From positions 24,475 to 88,474 of the IMG/VR virus record IMGVR_UViG_3300043411_000910: a stretch of DNA of 64,000 bases. One strand, 5' to 3'. A model generated the notes under the pieces. The model ran no database searches and had not been told where the DNA came from. It saw nothing but the letters and a program-made list of their open reading frames with translations. The stretch is from a virus. A program made the translations under genes and the position numbers. Shown here one piece after another: positions 48,779 to 57,191 of the stretch (within the stretch, counting starts at the first letter, position 1; the number at the start of each line of letters is the position of its first letter).

Positions 48779-48840
48779 CTAATCCCTGTGGTGCTAGGTT
48801 ACGCATATATTAATATTTTATTACTGTATACACAGGTTAG
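48779..48840 (+). promoter_or_regulatory. Imperfect inverted repeat enclosing an AT-rich spacer upstream of the nuclease gene
   Basis: CTAATCCCTGTG (48779-48790) versus CACAGGTTAG (48831-48840); GGAG RBS at 48858. Confidence 0.45.
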
Positions 48841-48865
48841 ATGATTTAGTTGTTTATGGAGCATC

Positions 48866-49960
48866 ATGAAATGTAGACTTACTGGAATGGACATGGATCT
48901 TACTTTTTGGCACAGTTTAAAGAAAAATAAAATAATTAATGAAATGTATGAAGAAGAAATGCTATCTAAAAACCCAGAGGCATATAAAGCATATGTTGAA
49001 TCAAATAAACATATAAATTTCTTAAAGAAGTGGATAAAGGGAGAGGGTATAAATTGCAAAATTACTGGAAAATTAATTCCAGTAGAAAAAATAATTTCAA
49101 CACCAAATACAAATCTTTACTATTCTGATGTTGAGACTCGCATAGCTCGTGGTTCATCATTCAGGGGCAAGAAAAGACCAGAGTTTGCTAAAAAAATATC
49201 TTCTATTTTAAAAGGAAGACCAAAAACAGATGAAGATAAAAAACAAAGCTCTGATAGATTAAAGTCTATAGGATTTAAGAAAAAAGTTTTGTTAAATAAA
49301 AGCATTATAGACGAATTATGCAATGATGAGATAAAAATAAGAGAATTATATAAGAAAATGTACTCTGATCTTCAAAAAGGAATAGAGTATAAAAGAAGAT
49401 TTGTAATAAAAAATATAAATAAATATATTGAGGATTTTAATGGGTCTTTAGATTATTTAGCATTTGCACCTGAAGATGAAATAAGAATAATATTTAGTGA
49501 ATTACAGTCGATAAAGTCATCGATAGCCATGAGGGATAACCCAACCATGGGCAATGCCAAAGTAGTACTAATGACTGACCTTAAGCATAATAATAACGGG
49601 CTAGTTGAAGTTAAAGTAAGGTCGGTCATGGAGTCAGAAATAATAAAAATGTTCGAAAGATATGGTGTAAAATGGGAATATGAAACGGAGACTATTGAAT
49701 ACTTCTATCTTTTCAATAGAAAATATACGGTTGATTTTAAATTTTATTATAACGATAAAATATATTATTTAGAAGTTAAAGGGTCCGTTAGATCTACTGA
49801 TCACGATAAAATAGTAACCAAGGCTGAATTCGCTGTTAAGAAATTCGATAATTATATCTTTTATCAAAAAGAATTGATATTAAATATCGATGACTTAATA
49901 AAATATAGGTTAACTCCTGATGATAAAATAAAAATAAAACACTTGTACGAGGTTAAATGA
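48866..49960 (+). CDS. Free-standing putative homing endonuclease: NUMOD3-like repeat plus PD-(D/E)XK (T7 endonuclease I/TnsA-like) domain
   Basis: GKKRPEFAKKISSILKGRPKT; VRSVMESE..GVKWEYE..YTVDF..YLEVKG. Confidence 0.8.
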   Translation: MKCRLTGMDMDLTFWHSLKKNKIINEMYEEEMLSKNPEAYKAYVESNKHINFLKKWIKGEGINCKITGKLIPVEKIISTPNTNLYYSDVETRIARGSSFRGKKRPEFAKKISSILKGRPKTDEDKKQSSDRLKSIGFKKKVLLNKSIIDELCNDEIKIRELYKKMYSDLQKGIEYKRRFVIKNINKYIEDFNGSLDYLAFAPEDEIRIIFSELQSIKSSIAMRDNPTMGNAKVVLMTDLKHNNNGLVEVKVRSVMESEIIKMFERYGVKWEYETETIEYFYLFNRKYTVDFKFYYNDKIYYLEVKGSVRSTDHDKIVTKAEFAVKKFDNYIFYQKELILNIDDLIKYRLTPDDKIKIKHLYEVK

Positions 49961-50055
49961 TAAAAATAGAATTGATAAATGAAGAAGTTGATGTTTATGA
50001 TTTTACAATAGAAAATACTCATAATTTTTATGCTAACGACATACTTGTTCATAAT
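49957..50055 (+). mobile_element. Split intein C half (33 aa)
   Basis: MIKIELINEEVDVYDFTIENTHNFYANDILVHN|C, with blocks F and G and Cys at +1. Confidence 0.93.
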
Positions 50056-51147
50056 TGTTGTGAAATTTTTGAAGTATCTTCTCCGGAAGAAACTGCTGTT
50101 TGTAATTTAGCCTCTATCTCGTTACCATCATTTATAGATAATAAAAATGGGAGAAAAAGCTTTAACTTCTCAAGATTAATAGAGACTTCTAAAACATTGA
50201 CAGAGAATTTAAACAAAATAATAGACAATGAGTATTATCCTGTAGAATCAGCTAAAAAATCAAATAACAGACATAGACCAATAGGTATTGGTGTTCAGGG
50301 TTTAGCTGATGTGTTTGCTCAAATGAGATATTCATGGGAAAGTGAAGAGGCTAAGAAATTAAACAAAGATATTTTTGAATCTATATATTATGGATTCTTA
50401 TGTAAGTCCAATGAACTATCAGAGAAGCTAGGATCATATGAAACATTTGCAGGTAGCCCAGCATCCGAAGGAATGTTACAGTTTGATTTGTGGGGTGTTG
50501 AAGAGTCAAATAGATATGATTGGGGGTCACTAAAAGAAAAGATAAAGCAAAGTGGGTTAAGAAATTCATTAGGGTTAGCGCCAATGCCAACTGCATCCAC
50601 TTCTCAAATAATGGGTAATACCGAATGTTTTGAGCCAATAACCTCTAACATATATAAAAGAGCAACATTATCTGGAGAATTTATACAATTAAATAAATAT
50701 CTTGTAGACGATTTGATTGAGTTAGGATTATGGAATGATCAGATAAGACAAAAGATAATAGCAGCAGAAGGATCAATTCAAAACATAGACGAGATTCCAT
50801 CTGATTTAAAGAAATTATATAAAACAGTTTGGGAAATGTCTCAAAAGGTTTTGATAGATATGTCTGCTGATCGTGCTCCATTTATATGTCAATCACAAAG
50901 TTTAAATCTTTATTTTAAAGATGCTAATTTTGCCAAACTAACATCAGCATATTTCTATGGGTGGGAGAAGGGATTAAAGACAATAGTTTATTATACAAGA
51001 ACGCAAAATAAGAGTGCTCAGAAATTTACTGTTGAATATAATATAGAAAAAGAATTGAAAGAAAAAGCAAAACAAAAAGAAGTTGAGACTGAAGAATTAT
51101 CTTGCTCATTAGATAATCCAGATGCATGTTTATCTTGCGGTAGCTAA
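49957..51147 (+). CDS. nrdA: Split-intein C half fused to ribonucleotide reductase alpha C-terminal fragment
   Basis: GAGG RBS; after the intein: CCEI, VCNLAS, RPIGIGVQGL, MPTASTS, QSQS, YY and C-terminal CLSCGS. Confidence 0.95.
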   Translation: MIKIELINEEVDVYDFTIENTHNFYANDILVHNCCEIFEVSSPEETAVCNLASISLPSFIDNKNGRKSFNFSRLIETSKTLTENLNKIIDNEYYPVESAKKSNNRHRPIGIGVQGLADVFAQMRYSWESEEAKKLNKDIFESIYYGFLCKSNELSEKLGSYETFAGSPASEGMLQFDLWGVEESNRYDWGSLKEKIKQSGLRNSLGLAPMPTASTSQIMGNTECFEPITSNIYKRATLSGEFIQLNKYLVDDLIELGLWNDQIRQKIIAAEGSIQNIDEIPSDLKKLYKTVWEMSQKVLIDMSADRAPFICQSQSLNLYFKDANFAKLTSAYFYGWEKGLKTIVYYTRTQNKSAQKFTVEYNIEKELKEKAKQKEVETEELSCSLDNPDACLSCGS

Positions 51148-51165
51148 TTAATATCATATACTGTT

Positions 51166-51750
51166 ATGTTTAACTTTGAAAAGATATCAAAAGAACTTAA
51201 TAAGGATAAGTATTTTTATCATTTGAAATCAGAGGACTTTAGTGGTAAAATTATTTATCCTTTATCTACTTTGAAAGAAAAGGACAATAAAGTTTATAAG
51301 CAATCTATTAAGAAATATAAAGGTCGTGAAAATCAATTAACAACAAAAATAGATTTGTTAAATTGTGAATGGCAAGATTGCATAAATTTATCTACATTGA
51401 ATCCTGCTAAAATATTTGAGGCGGCATTTTTATTAGGTCTTAAAAACAATGAATATAATATTGGTAAAGAAATATTAAGATTTCCTATATCATGTTTGGA
51501 GGGCAAAAAGTTTTGTTTATACAATGATGGTAAAATAGATGATTCTAAATCATATTCTAAAGTTACTGTTAAGTCGTATAAAGAACTAGAGTTTGTACCT
51601 AGTGAAACAATGAAATACTTTGCTGAATGTAAAGATAATGATGAAGACCCTTTGATATTTAGTGATGTTGTGCATATCTTATTAAAAGATGAATTGGATA
51701 TAAGTGAAGCTGATGTTGTAAAATACGAACCTAGCAAAATATACTACTGA
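51166..51750 (+). CDS. Hypothetical protein
   Basis: 194-aa ORF with typical codon usage. Confidence 0.65.
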   Translation: MFNFEKISKELNKDKYFYHLKSEDFSGKIIYPLSTLKEKDNKVYKQSIKKYKGRENQLTTKIDLLNCEWQDCINLSTLNPAKIFEAAFLLGLKNNEYNIGKEILRFPISCLEGKKFCLYNDGKIDDSKSYSKVTVKSYKELEFVPSETMKYFAECKDNDEDPLIFSDVVHILLKDELDISEADVVKYEPSKIYY

Positions 51751-51767
51751 TAGTCTATAAGAATAAG

Positions 51768-51776
51768 TGTTATAAT
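51768..51776 (+). promoter_or_regulatory. Extended -10 promoter TGTTATAAT
   Basis: Perfect TGn-TATAAT in the intergenic gap before phoH. Confidence 0.6.
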
Positions 51777-51833
51777 CTAGGTGAATGACAAAGGAATAAA
51801 AGATTATACATTTTGTAAAGTGAAAATCTCTGC

Positions 51834-51879
51834 AATCCTTCATTCCAATAAATAAATATCGGGATGAAGGATTTTTTTT
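51834..51879 (+). terminator. Terminator hairpin in the phoH leader
   Basis: AATCCTTCATTCC pairs with GGGATGAAGGATT (one G-U pair), with an 8-T run. Confidence 0.7.
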
Positions 51880-51902
51880 AAACAAAGGAAAAGATACATA
51901 AA

Positions 51903-53165
51903 ATGAGTAAAATCTACGTCTTAGATACTTCGGCAATTGTAGATGAACCAACAATACTCTATTCATTTAAAGATTCAATAATTATTATACCATTCGTAGT
52001 CCTAGAAGAGTTAGATAAATTAAAGACTTTCAATAATGATGCCTCTAGAAATGCACGCTTAGCTATTAGATTCCTCGATCAAATATTTGAGGACTCAAAT
52101 ATAGCTCACATCCAATCAAATTGTAAGATAAGAATAGAATTTGATTATGATAACCTATTCGATGATATGTCATATGGCGATAATCAAATAGTTGCTTGTG
52201 CTGTTAGAATTAAGAAAACATATAAAAAAGATGTTACACTAATAACATCAGACATAAATCTAAAAGTTAAAGCTAAATCCATGGACTTAAAAGCAGAATC
52301 ATTTGCTTCAACAGTTTCCATATTTGATATGTATCCTTACCTAGAAATGTGCTCTGATATAGATCTATTAACTAAAATCCAACTACACCAACAAGCCGAA
52401 GATGATATGGGTCTAGTTAATAATTCATTCATCTTATTTGAAGATGAATATGGTAAATCACAATGCCTATCAAGGAAACATGCCGATGGAAAAATAAAGC
52501 TTATAAAGAAACATAATCCCTGGGGATTGTCTTGTAAGAACAAAGAGCAGTCATGTCTTGTAGATTTAATAATGGATAAAAATGTAAGCTTAGTTACAGC
52601 AATGGGTGTCGCTGGATCTGGTAAAAGCTTATTAGCTATTGCTTGTGCTCTAGAACTAGTATTAGAACAAAAAAAATATGATAAAATAATAATCTATAGA
52701 CCAATCCAAGAAACAGGCGAATCTATAGGGTATTTGCCTGGCTCACAAGAAGAAAAACTAGCTCCATATTTTACAGCTGTAATGGACTCATTTGAGTTTC
52801 TTCTAGCTCATAAGAATCCAGATTGGAAACGAACACTAGATATGTATGTTTCAAAAGGTAAAATTGAATTAGATTCAATGACTTTTATTAGAGGCAGGTC
52901 TATCCCAAATACTTTGATAATTCTTGATGAATGTCAAAATGTTGCAGAAAAAGATGTTAAAACATTTTTAACTAGAATAGGTGAAGGATCTAAAGTTGTC
53001 ATCTTAGGTGATATAGAACAGATTGATAGTGATAGACTAAATATAGTTAACAATGGTTTATCAAAAGTAATGCAGAAGTTTAAAGGATCAGAATTATATG
53101 GTCACGTTACTTTGACCAAGGGCGAAAGATCTAAATTAGCCGCGGAAGCAGCTAAGTTGTTATAA
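51903..53165 (+). CDS. phoH: PhoH2-type protein (PIN RNase + PhoH ATPase)
   Basis: VLDTSAI..VLEELD..GDNQI..SDINL PIN domain; GVAGSGKS, IGYLPG, RGRS, DECQN. Confidence 0.92.
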   Translation: MSKIYVLDTSAIVDEPTILYSFKDSIIIIPFVVLEELDKLKTFNNDASRNARLAIRFLDQIFEDSNIAHIQSNCKIRIEFDYDNLFDDMSYGDNQIVACAVRIKKTYKKDVTLITSDINLKVKAKSMDLKAESFASTVSIFDMYPYLEMCSDIDLLTKIQLHQQAEDDMGLVNNSFILFEDEYGKSQCLSRKHADGKIKLIKKHNPWGLSCKNKEQSCLVDLIMDKNVSLVTAMGVAGSGKSLLAIACALELVLEQKKYDKIIIYRPIQETGESIGYLPGSQEEKLAPYFTAVMDSFEFLLAHKNPDWKRTLDMYVSKGKIELDSMTFIRGRSIPNTLIILDECQNVAEKDVKTFLTRIGEGSKVVILGDIEQIDSDRLNIVNNGLSKVMQKFKGSELYGHVTLTKGERSKLAAEAAKLL

Positions 53166-53172
53166 TAGCTGT
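53158..53172 (+). promoter_or_regulatory. Extended -10 promoter for a leaderless gene
   Basis: TGT-TATAAT then 6 nt then ATG 53173; no Shine-Dalgarno. Confidence 0.6.
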
Positions 53173-53406
53173 ATGGAAAAAATAACTGAAGAAGATCGAT
53201 TAACAATAGAATTAGCCAAATCGAATAAAAAAATTGCAGAGATAAGCGCTGAGAAAGCACAGTTACAAAGCGATTTGGCTGAGTCCTATTTTAGGAATCT
53301 AATTCTAGAAATATATATGAAGTACAATCTAACAAAAGATTGTTCTATAGATGCTGAAGGAAATATAATTAGAAAGGAAAATGATGAACAAGTTAAAGCT
53401 GAGTGA
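53173..53406 (+). CDS. Hypothetical coiled-coil protein
   Basis: 77-aa ORF. Confidence 0.6.
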   Translation: MEKITEEDRLTIELAKSNKKIAEISAEKAQLQSDLAESYFRNLILEIYMKYNLTKDCSIDAEGNIIRKENDEQVKAE

Positions 53407-53584
53407 AGTTAGCAATCTTATAAATATAAGAAATTATATAAGAACAGCAATTGATAACTTTAGTATAGATAAACCTAAAGTTAATAAGATGAATAAGATA
53501 CTTTCTTCACTTGACAATACTATTGTAGATCAAATTATCCAGATGTCAGAACAGAAGGATCAAGGTGATAACGAAAAGCCCTGA
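53381..53584 (+). CDS. Hypothetical protein
   Basis: 67-aa ORF with AAGGA RBS. Confidence 0.6.
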   Translation: MMNKLKLSEVSNLINIRNYIRTAIDNFSIDKPKVNKMNKILSSLDNTIVDQIIQMSEQKDQGDNEKP

Positions 53585-54347
53585 CAATGGTGAAATAATA
53601 ATAATAGAAGATCAAGAATTTTTGCATAATCAAAGAATAGCCGGCTCAGTTGTTAGTCGGCTATTAAAGTTATTAGAGTCAGAAACTAAATCTGGAAACT
53701 GTGTTACTGGATTAGATCTAGACGATTTAGCAGAAGAATTTATTCTAGATCATAAATGTCAACCAACATTTAAAAATTATAAACACACATACCCTAATTC
53801 AATATGTGTGTCAGTAAATAATGTTGCAGTACATGGGGTTCCAAACATAATATCCTTTAAAGAAGGAGATATTATATCAATAGACTTAGGTGCTACATAT
53901 AATAGAGCAATAGCTGATTCAGCAGTTACTTTTATATTAGGAAAGTCAAATTCCCAAAGAGAGGAAAATCTTGTAACTCTAACAAAATTAGCTCTTACAA
54001 AAGCAATTGAATCTATAAAAATAGAATCTAGATTAGGAATAATAGGCGAAACAATAAATAATGTAGCAAAGAATAATAATTTATCTGTTATTGTAGATTA
54101 TGGTGGTCATGGTATAGCTAGAGACACGGCTCACGCCAAACCATTTGTTTCCAATAAAGATTCAAAGTCAAATGGGATAAGAATACAAAATGGAATGAGC
54201 TTGGCAATAGAGCCAATATTTACTTTAGCTTTAACAAGTGATACGAAAACGGCTAATGATGGTTGGTCTGTTAACTGTATGGATAAGACGGCTCATTTTG
54301 AGCACACGATTAACATTAATAATAATATAGTTGAAATTATAACATAA
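53565..54347 (+). CDS. map: Methionine aminopeptidase type I
   Basis: CVSVNNVAVHGVP, IDLG, ADSA, GGHGI, AIEP, HFEHT metal ligands all present. Confidence 0.92.
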   Translation: MITKSPDNGEIIIIEDQEFLHNQRIAGSVVSRLLKLLESETKSGNCVTGLDLDDLAEEFILDHKCQPTFKNYKHTYPNSICVSVNNVAVHGVPNIISFKEGDIISIDLGATYNRAIADSAVTFILGKSNSQREENLVTLTKLALTKAIESIKIESRLGIIGETINNVAKNNNLSVIVDYGGHGIARDTAHAKPFVSNKDSKSNGIRIQNGMSLAIEPIFTLALTSDTKTANDGWSVNCMDKTAHFEHTININNNIVEIIT

Positions 54348-54355
54348 AGGAAGTT

Positions 54356-54907
54356 ATGAGAATATATATGTCAGGTAGTCATTCAGTTGGTAAGAGTACA
54401 TTAGCAAGATACATTAGCAAGAAATATAATTTACCCATAGTAACTGAAGTGGCAAGATCTGTATTAGCCGAGAAAGAATTATCTTTAAAAGATATAAGGA
54501 TAAATATAGATTCAGCTGATTCTTTCCAAGAAGAAATATTTTATAGACAACTCAAAGAAGAATTAAAATATACAAATTTTATATCTGATAGATCTATTGA
54601 TTGTTTGGCTTATACTGCTCAACATACAAGGATTTTAGGTAATCTAATACAATCAAAAGAACTTAAAGAATATATAGAGAAACTAAAAGAAAAAGAATCT
54701 GTAATACTATTTGTCAGACCTTGTAAAGAAACATTGGCTCAAGATGGCGTTAGGGAGAATCTAGATTGGGATGGGGTTATAGCAATAGATTCAATGATAA
54801 AGATGTTACTTGAGATGTTTGATTTGCCATATTTCCAGATTAATACACCAAATATGCAAGAAAGAGTTAGATTTGTTGATTCATTAATAAATAAACTTAA
54901 ATCATAA
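54356..54907 (+). CDS. P-loop NTPase / nucleotide kinase (NadR/AAA_28-like)
   Basis: GSHSVGKST, EVAR, ISDRS..D.LAY. Confidence 0.8.
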   Translation: MRIYMSGSHSVGKSTLARYISKKYNLPIVTEVARSVLAEKELSLKDIRINIDSADSFQEEIFYRQLKEELKYTNFISDRSIDCLAYTAQHTRILGNLIQSKELKEYIEKLKEKESVILFVRPCKETLAQDGVRENLDWDGVIAIDSMIKMLLEMFDLPYFQINTPNMQERVRFVDSLINKLKS

Positions 54908-54921
54908 AAAGTAATATCTTT

Positions 54922-55431
54922 ATGAGTAATGTATTAGATACCGCAAATGCTTTGAGAGATGCTGTTTTTGCAATAGAAACGGAATTGGGTAAGAATCCAA
55001 AATCAATATATGGCAATGTAAAAACAAGATTAGATGTAATAGAATCTAGAATTAATAATCTATCCGGATTAAACCAAATAACATTGGTTGGGTCAGGTGA
55101 TGCTGGCGCAAGTTTTGATTGTTATATAAATGAATCACTAAATGGATTATCGTTCGAAGATAATACAGTTTATAAATTAACATTGGATATTCTTATTTCA
55201 AATTTAACAAACCCAATAAAGAAAGCGTTTATAAGAAAAGAAGTATTATTATCTAAAGAATCTGGAGTAATAGATTATAGCACATCAGAAACATTGGCTA
55301 TTATTGGCTCTACCGGATGGTCTGCCTCTGTAGTAGATTCTAGCAATGAGCTATTTGTTAGGATAGCTTCAGATGTAGATGATAATAGGCAGGCTTACGT
55401 TAAATGTGAAATTCAATCATTATCAATTTAA
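54922..55431 (+). CDS. Putative virion-associated fibre/decoration protein
   Basis: N-terminal NALRDAVFAIETELG plus coiled coil; beta-rich C-terminus. Confidence 0.5.
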   Translation: MSNVLDTANALRDAVFAIETELGKNPKSIYGNVKTRLDVIESRINNLSGLNQITLVGSGDAGASFDCYINESLNGLSFEDNTVYKLTLDILISNLTNPIKKAFIRKEVLLSKESGVIDYSTSETLAIIGSTGWSASVVDSSNELFVRIASDVDDNRQAYVKCEIQSLSI

Positions 55432-55434
55432 ATA

Positions 55435-55779
55435 TTATACAGTCCAACTAGTTACAACGGCTATGTTTGTTAATACATGTCCACTAGGAACAGTTAAGCT
55501 TGGAGATCCTGTTACTATATATGTTTCATAAACTCCACCAATAGTGTAATAGCCTCTCATTTTAAAATATGTAATTGAGGCTACTGTGCCATTTATTGAT
55601 GAATTTGTGTTTAATGAAGGAATTGTTACTCCACGATCATTGCTATCATAATAAATCATTTCGGTGAAATATGTTGATAGCAATTTGCTTGAGTTAGATT
55701 GATCCACTGAACTTACTGGTGTTGTTGTTAGTTCTGTTGTGTATATACCAGCTGGTGAAGTTGTTCCATTATCAGCCAT
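55435..55779 (-). CDS. Hypothetical Thr/Ser-rich virion-type protein
   Basis: AAGGA RBS; third gene of the inverted cassette. Confidence 0.6.
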   Translation of the reverse strand: MADNGTTSPAGIYTTELTTTPVSSVDQSNSSKLLSTYFTEMIYYDSNDRGVTIPSLNTNSSINGTVASITYFKMRGYYTIGGVYETYIVTGSPSLTVPSGHVLTNIAVVTSWTV

Positions 55780-55787
55780 TTATTCCT

Positions 55788-57176
55788 TTATGATTGTAGT
55801 GGGCTAGTTGTGCCATCATATGGACCCATTATAATGCTGGCATTGAATGTTGATGGAGCCATGACCGCCATTCTAACTTTAGAGTCATATGTATCAAATG
55901 TAGTTCCTCCTTGTACTTGGTGCATCCATCTTACTGTGCCTTTTCTTGTTTTCTTTGTGGAGGTTGTAGAAATTAGAGTAATTGGTTCTCTAACTCTTTT
56001 TGTTGAGTATGTACAAGCAACTGTTTCTGCTGTAGATGTTTCAAAAGCCATTGCTGAAACAGCGCTAATTGTTACACCAGCGAATACAGCTGCATAGCAA
56101 CATACTATTTGCTCATCTGTACCGAAGCCTCTTCTACGCCATGCTTTCCAAGAATCATTTTGGTTCTGATAATTTAGTAAATTTACTGATGCTTCAGCAA
56201 TATCCATATCCGATGAGTTTTTCTGTAAATTCACGTTGTTGTATCCGTTGTTTGATGCTTTATAGCTTACAAACGGATCTAGATCACCATCTTCAGAATT
56301 ATCCATTCTAAAATATCCCCAAAAATTAAATTTCGTTGATGTTGATGTTACGCCACATCCTATCCAGAATGTTCCATCAGCAGATACATTTGTTGCTGTT
56401 ATTATATTTGTTGCTACAATTTGTGCTCTACCTAAGTTTGTATTTACTCCAAAAAAAGATCCATGTACAGCTGCTCCTGAGCTAAAAGCACCGCAAATAG
56501 TCCATGTGCCAGTTGTTGGATATTCATTTCCTACACCGCCACCACCAGGACAAATTGAATTTGTACACCCAGCAGCAACCGCTAATGTAGAAAATCTAGA
56601 AGCTGTTTCTGTTACTGATGATACACATTGTATTATTATAGATCCATCAGTTAAATCAGCTGAGCTTTTTTGTATTACTATTTCCCTTACAAATGTATCT
56701 ATGGTTCCGCTTGGTGTTAGTGTTGCTCCTGAACCAGCGCCAGTAATAAGATTTGTATTATCAAATGTACCAACCCTGGGAAGAACAACTAAATGTCCAG
56801 CTGAAGCTCCATCATATTCATAGCCTATTAGTTCGCCCTCAGCTAAGCTTACAGCTTGTGTAATCTTCTCGCCACGTAAGAATGTGCCAGTGCTGGCAAC
56901 AGTAAATGGTATTTTAACTGTGCTTGGTCCTTGGGCACACCACCAAGTAGATACACCACCAAAAGATGGATAAGAGTCTAATGCTGGATCAGCATTGCCA
57001 CCCCATAAATCTGCTGTAGCAACTCCAGATGTTTCAGGTGCTCCGCTTCCAGTTCCAGTTCCACTTGCTTTATAAGTCCAACCAGCTTTTTTTAAAGCTC
57101 TTGATAATTTCCATATTGCAGAAAAAGCATCATTCGCAGCAGCTAGTGCATAATTTGTAAATTGTACGTTTGCCAT
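55788..57176 (-). CDS. Putative virion structural / fibre-associated protein
   Basis: GGAG RBS; Gly/Ala/Thr-rich; contains a GTFLRGEKITQ..GTF....LITGAGSGAT small-barrel insertion of the type seen in myovirus virion proteins. Confidence 0.6.
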   Translation of the reverse strand: MANVQFTNYALAAANDAFSAIWKLSRALKKAGWTYKASGTGTGSGAPETSGVATADLWGGNADPALDSYPSFGGVSTWWCAQGPSTVKIPFTVASTGTFLRGEKITQAVSLAEGELIGYEYDGASAGHLVVLPRVGTFDNTNLITGAGSGATLTPSGTIDTFVREIVIQKSSADLTDGSIIIQCVSSVTETASRFSTLAVAAGCTNSICPGGGGVGNEYPTTGTWTICGAFSSGAAVHGSFFGVNTNLGRAQIVATNIITATNVSADGTFWIGCGVTSTSTKFNFWGYFRMDNSEDGDLDPFVSYKASNNGYNNVNLQKNSSDMDIAEASVNLLNYQNQNDSWKAWRRRGFGTDEQIVCCYAAVFAGVTISAVSAMAFETSTAETVACTYSTKRVREPITLISTTSTKKTRKGTVRWMHQVQGGTTFDTYDSKVRMAVMAPSTFNASIIMGPYDGTTSPLQS

Positions 57177-57191
57177 TATATTAAATCTCCA

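Noticed and set aside
48779-49960. Group I intron interrupting nrdA
   Set aside because: Only 87 nt of non-coding sequence on one side and a 4-nt overlap on the other, leaving no room for a ribozyme core. Clear intein motifs flank the break.
48452-50055. Single contiguous intein broken by sequencing error or stop readthrough
   Set aside because: Would need two in-frame stops (TAA, TGA) plus a frame change. Both downstream ORFs have their own RBS and ATG.
55810-56823. Short shadow ORFs antisense to real genes (here and throughout, e.g. 14161-14541, 46486-46794, 51333-51737)
   Set aside because: Fully nested opposite longer ORFs with recognisable motifs or typical codon usage; no RBS or motifs of their own.
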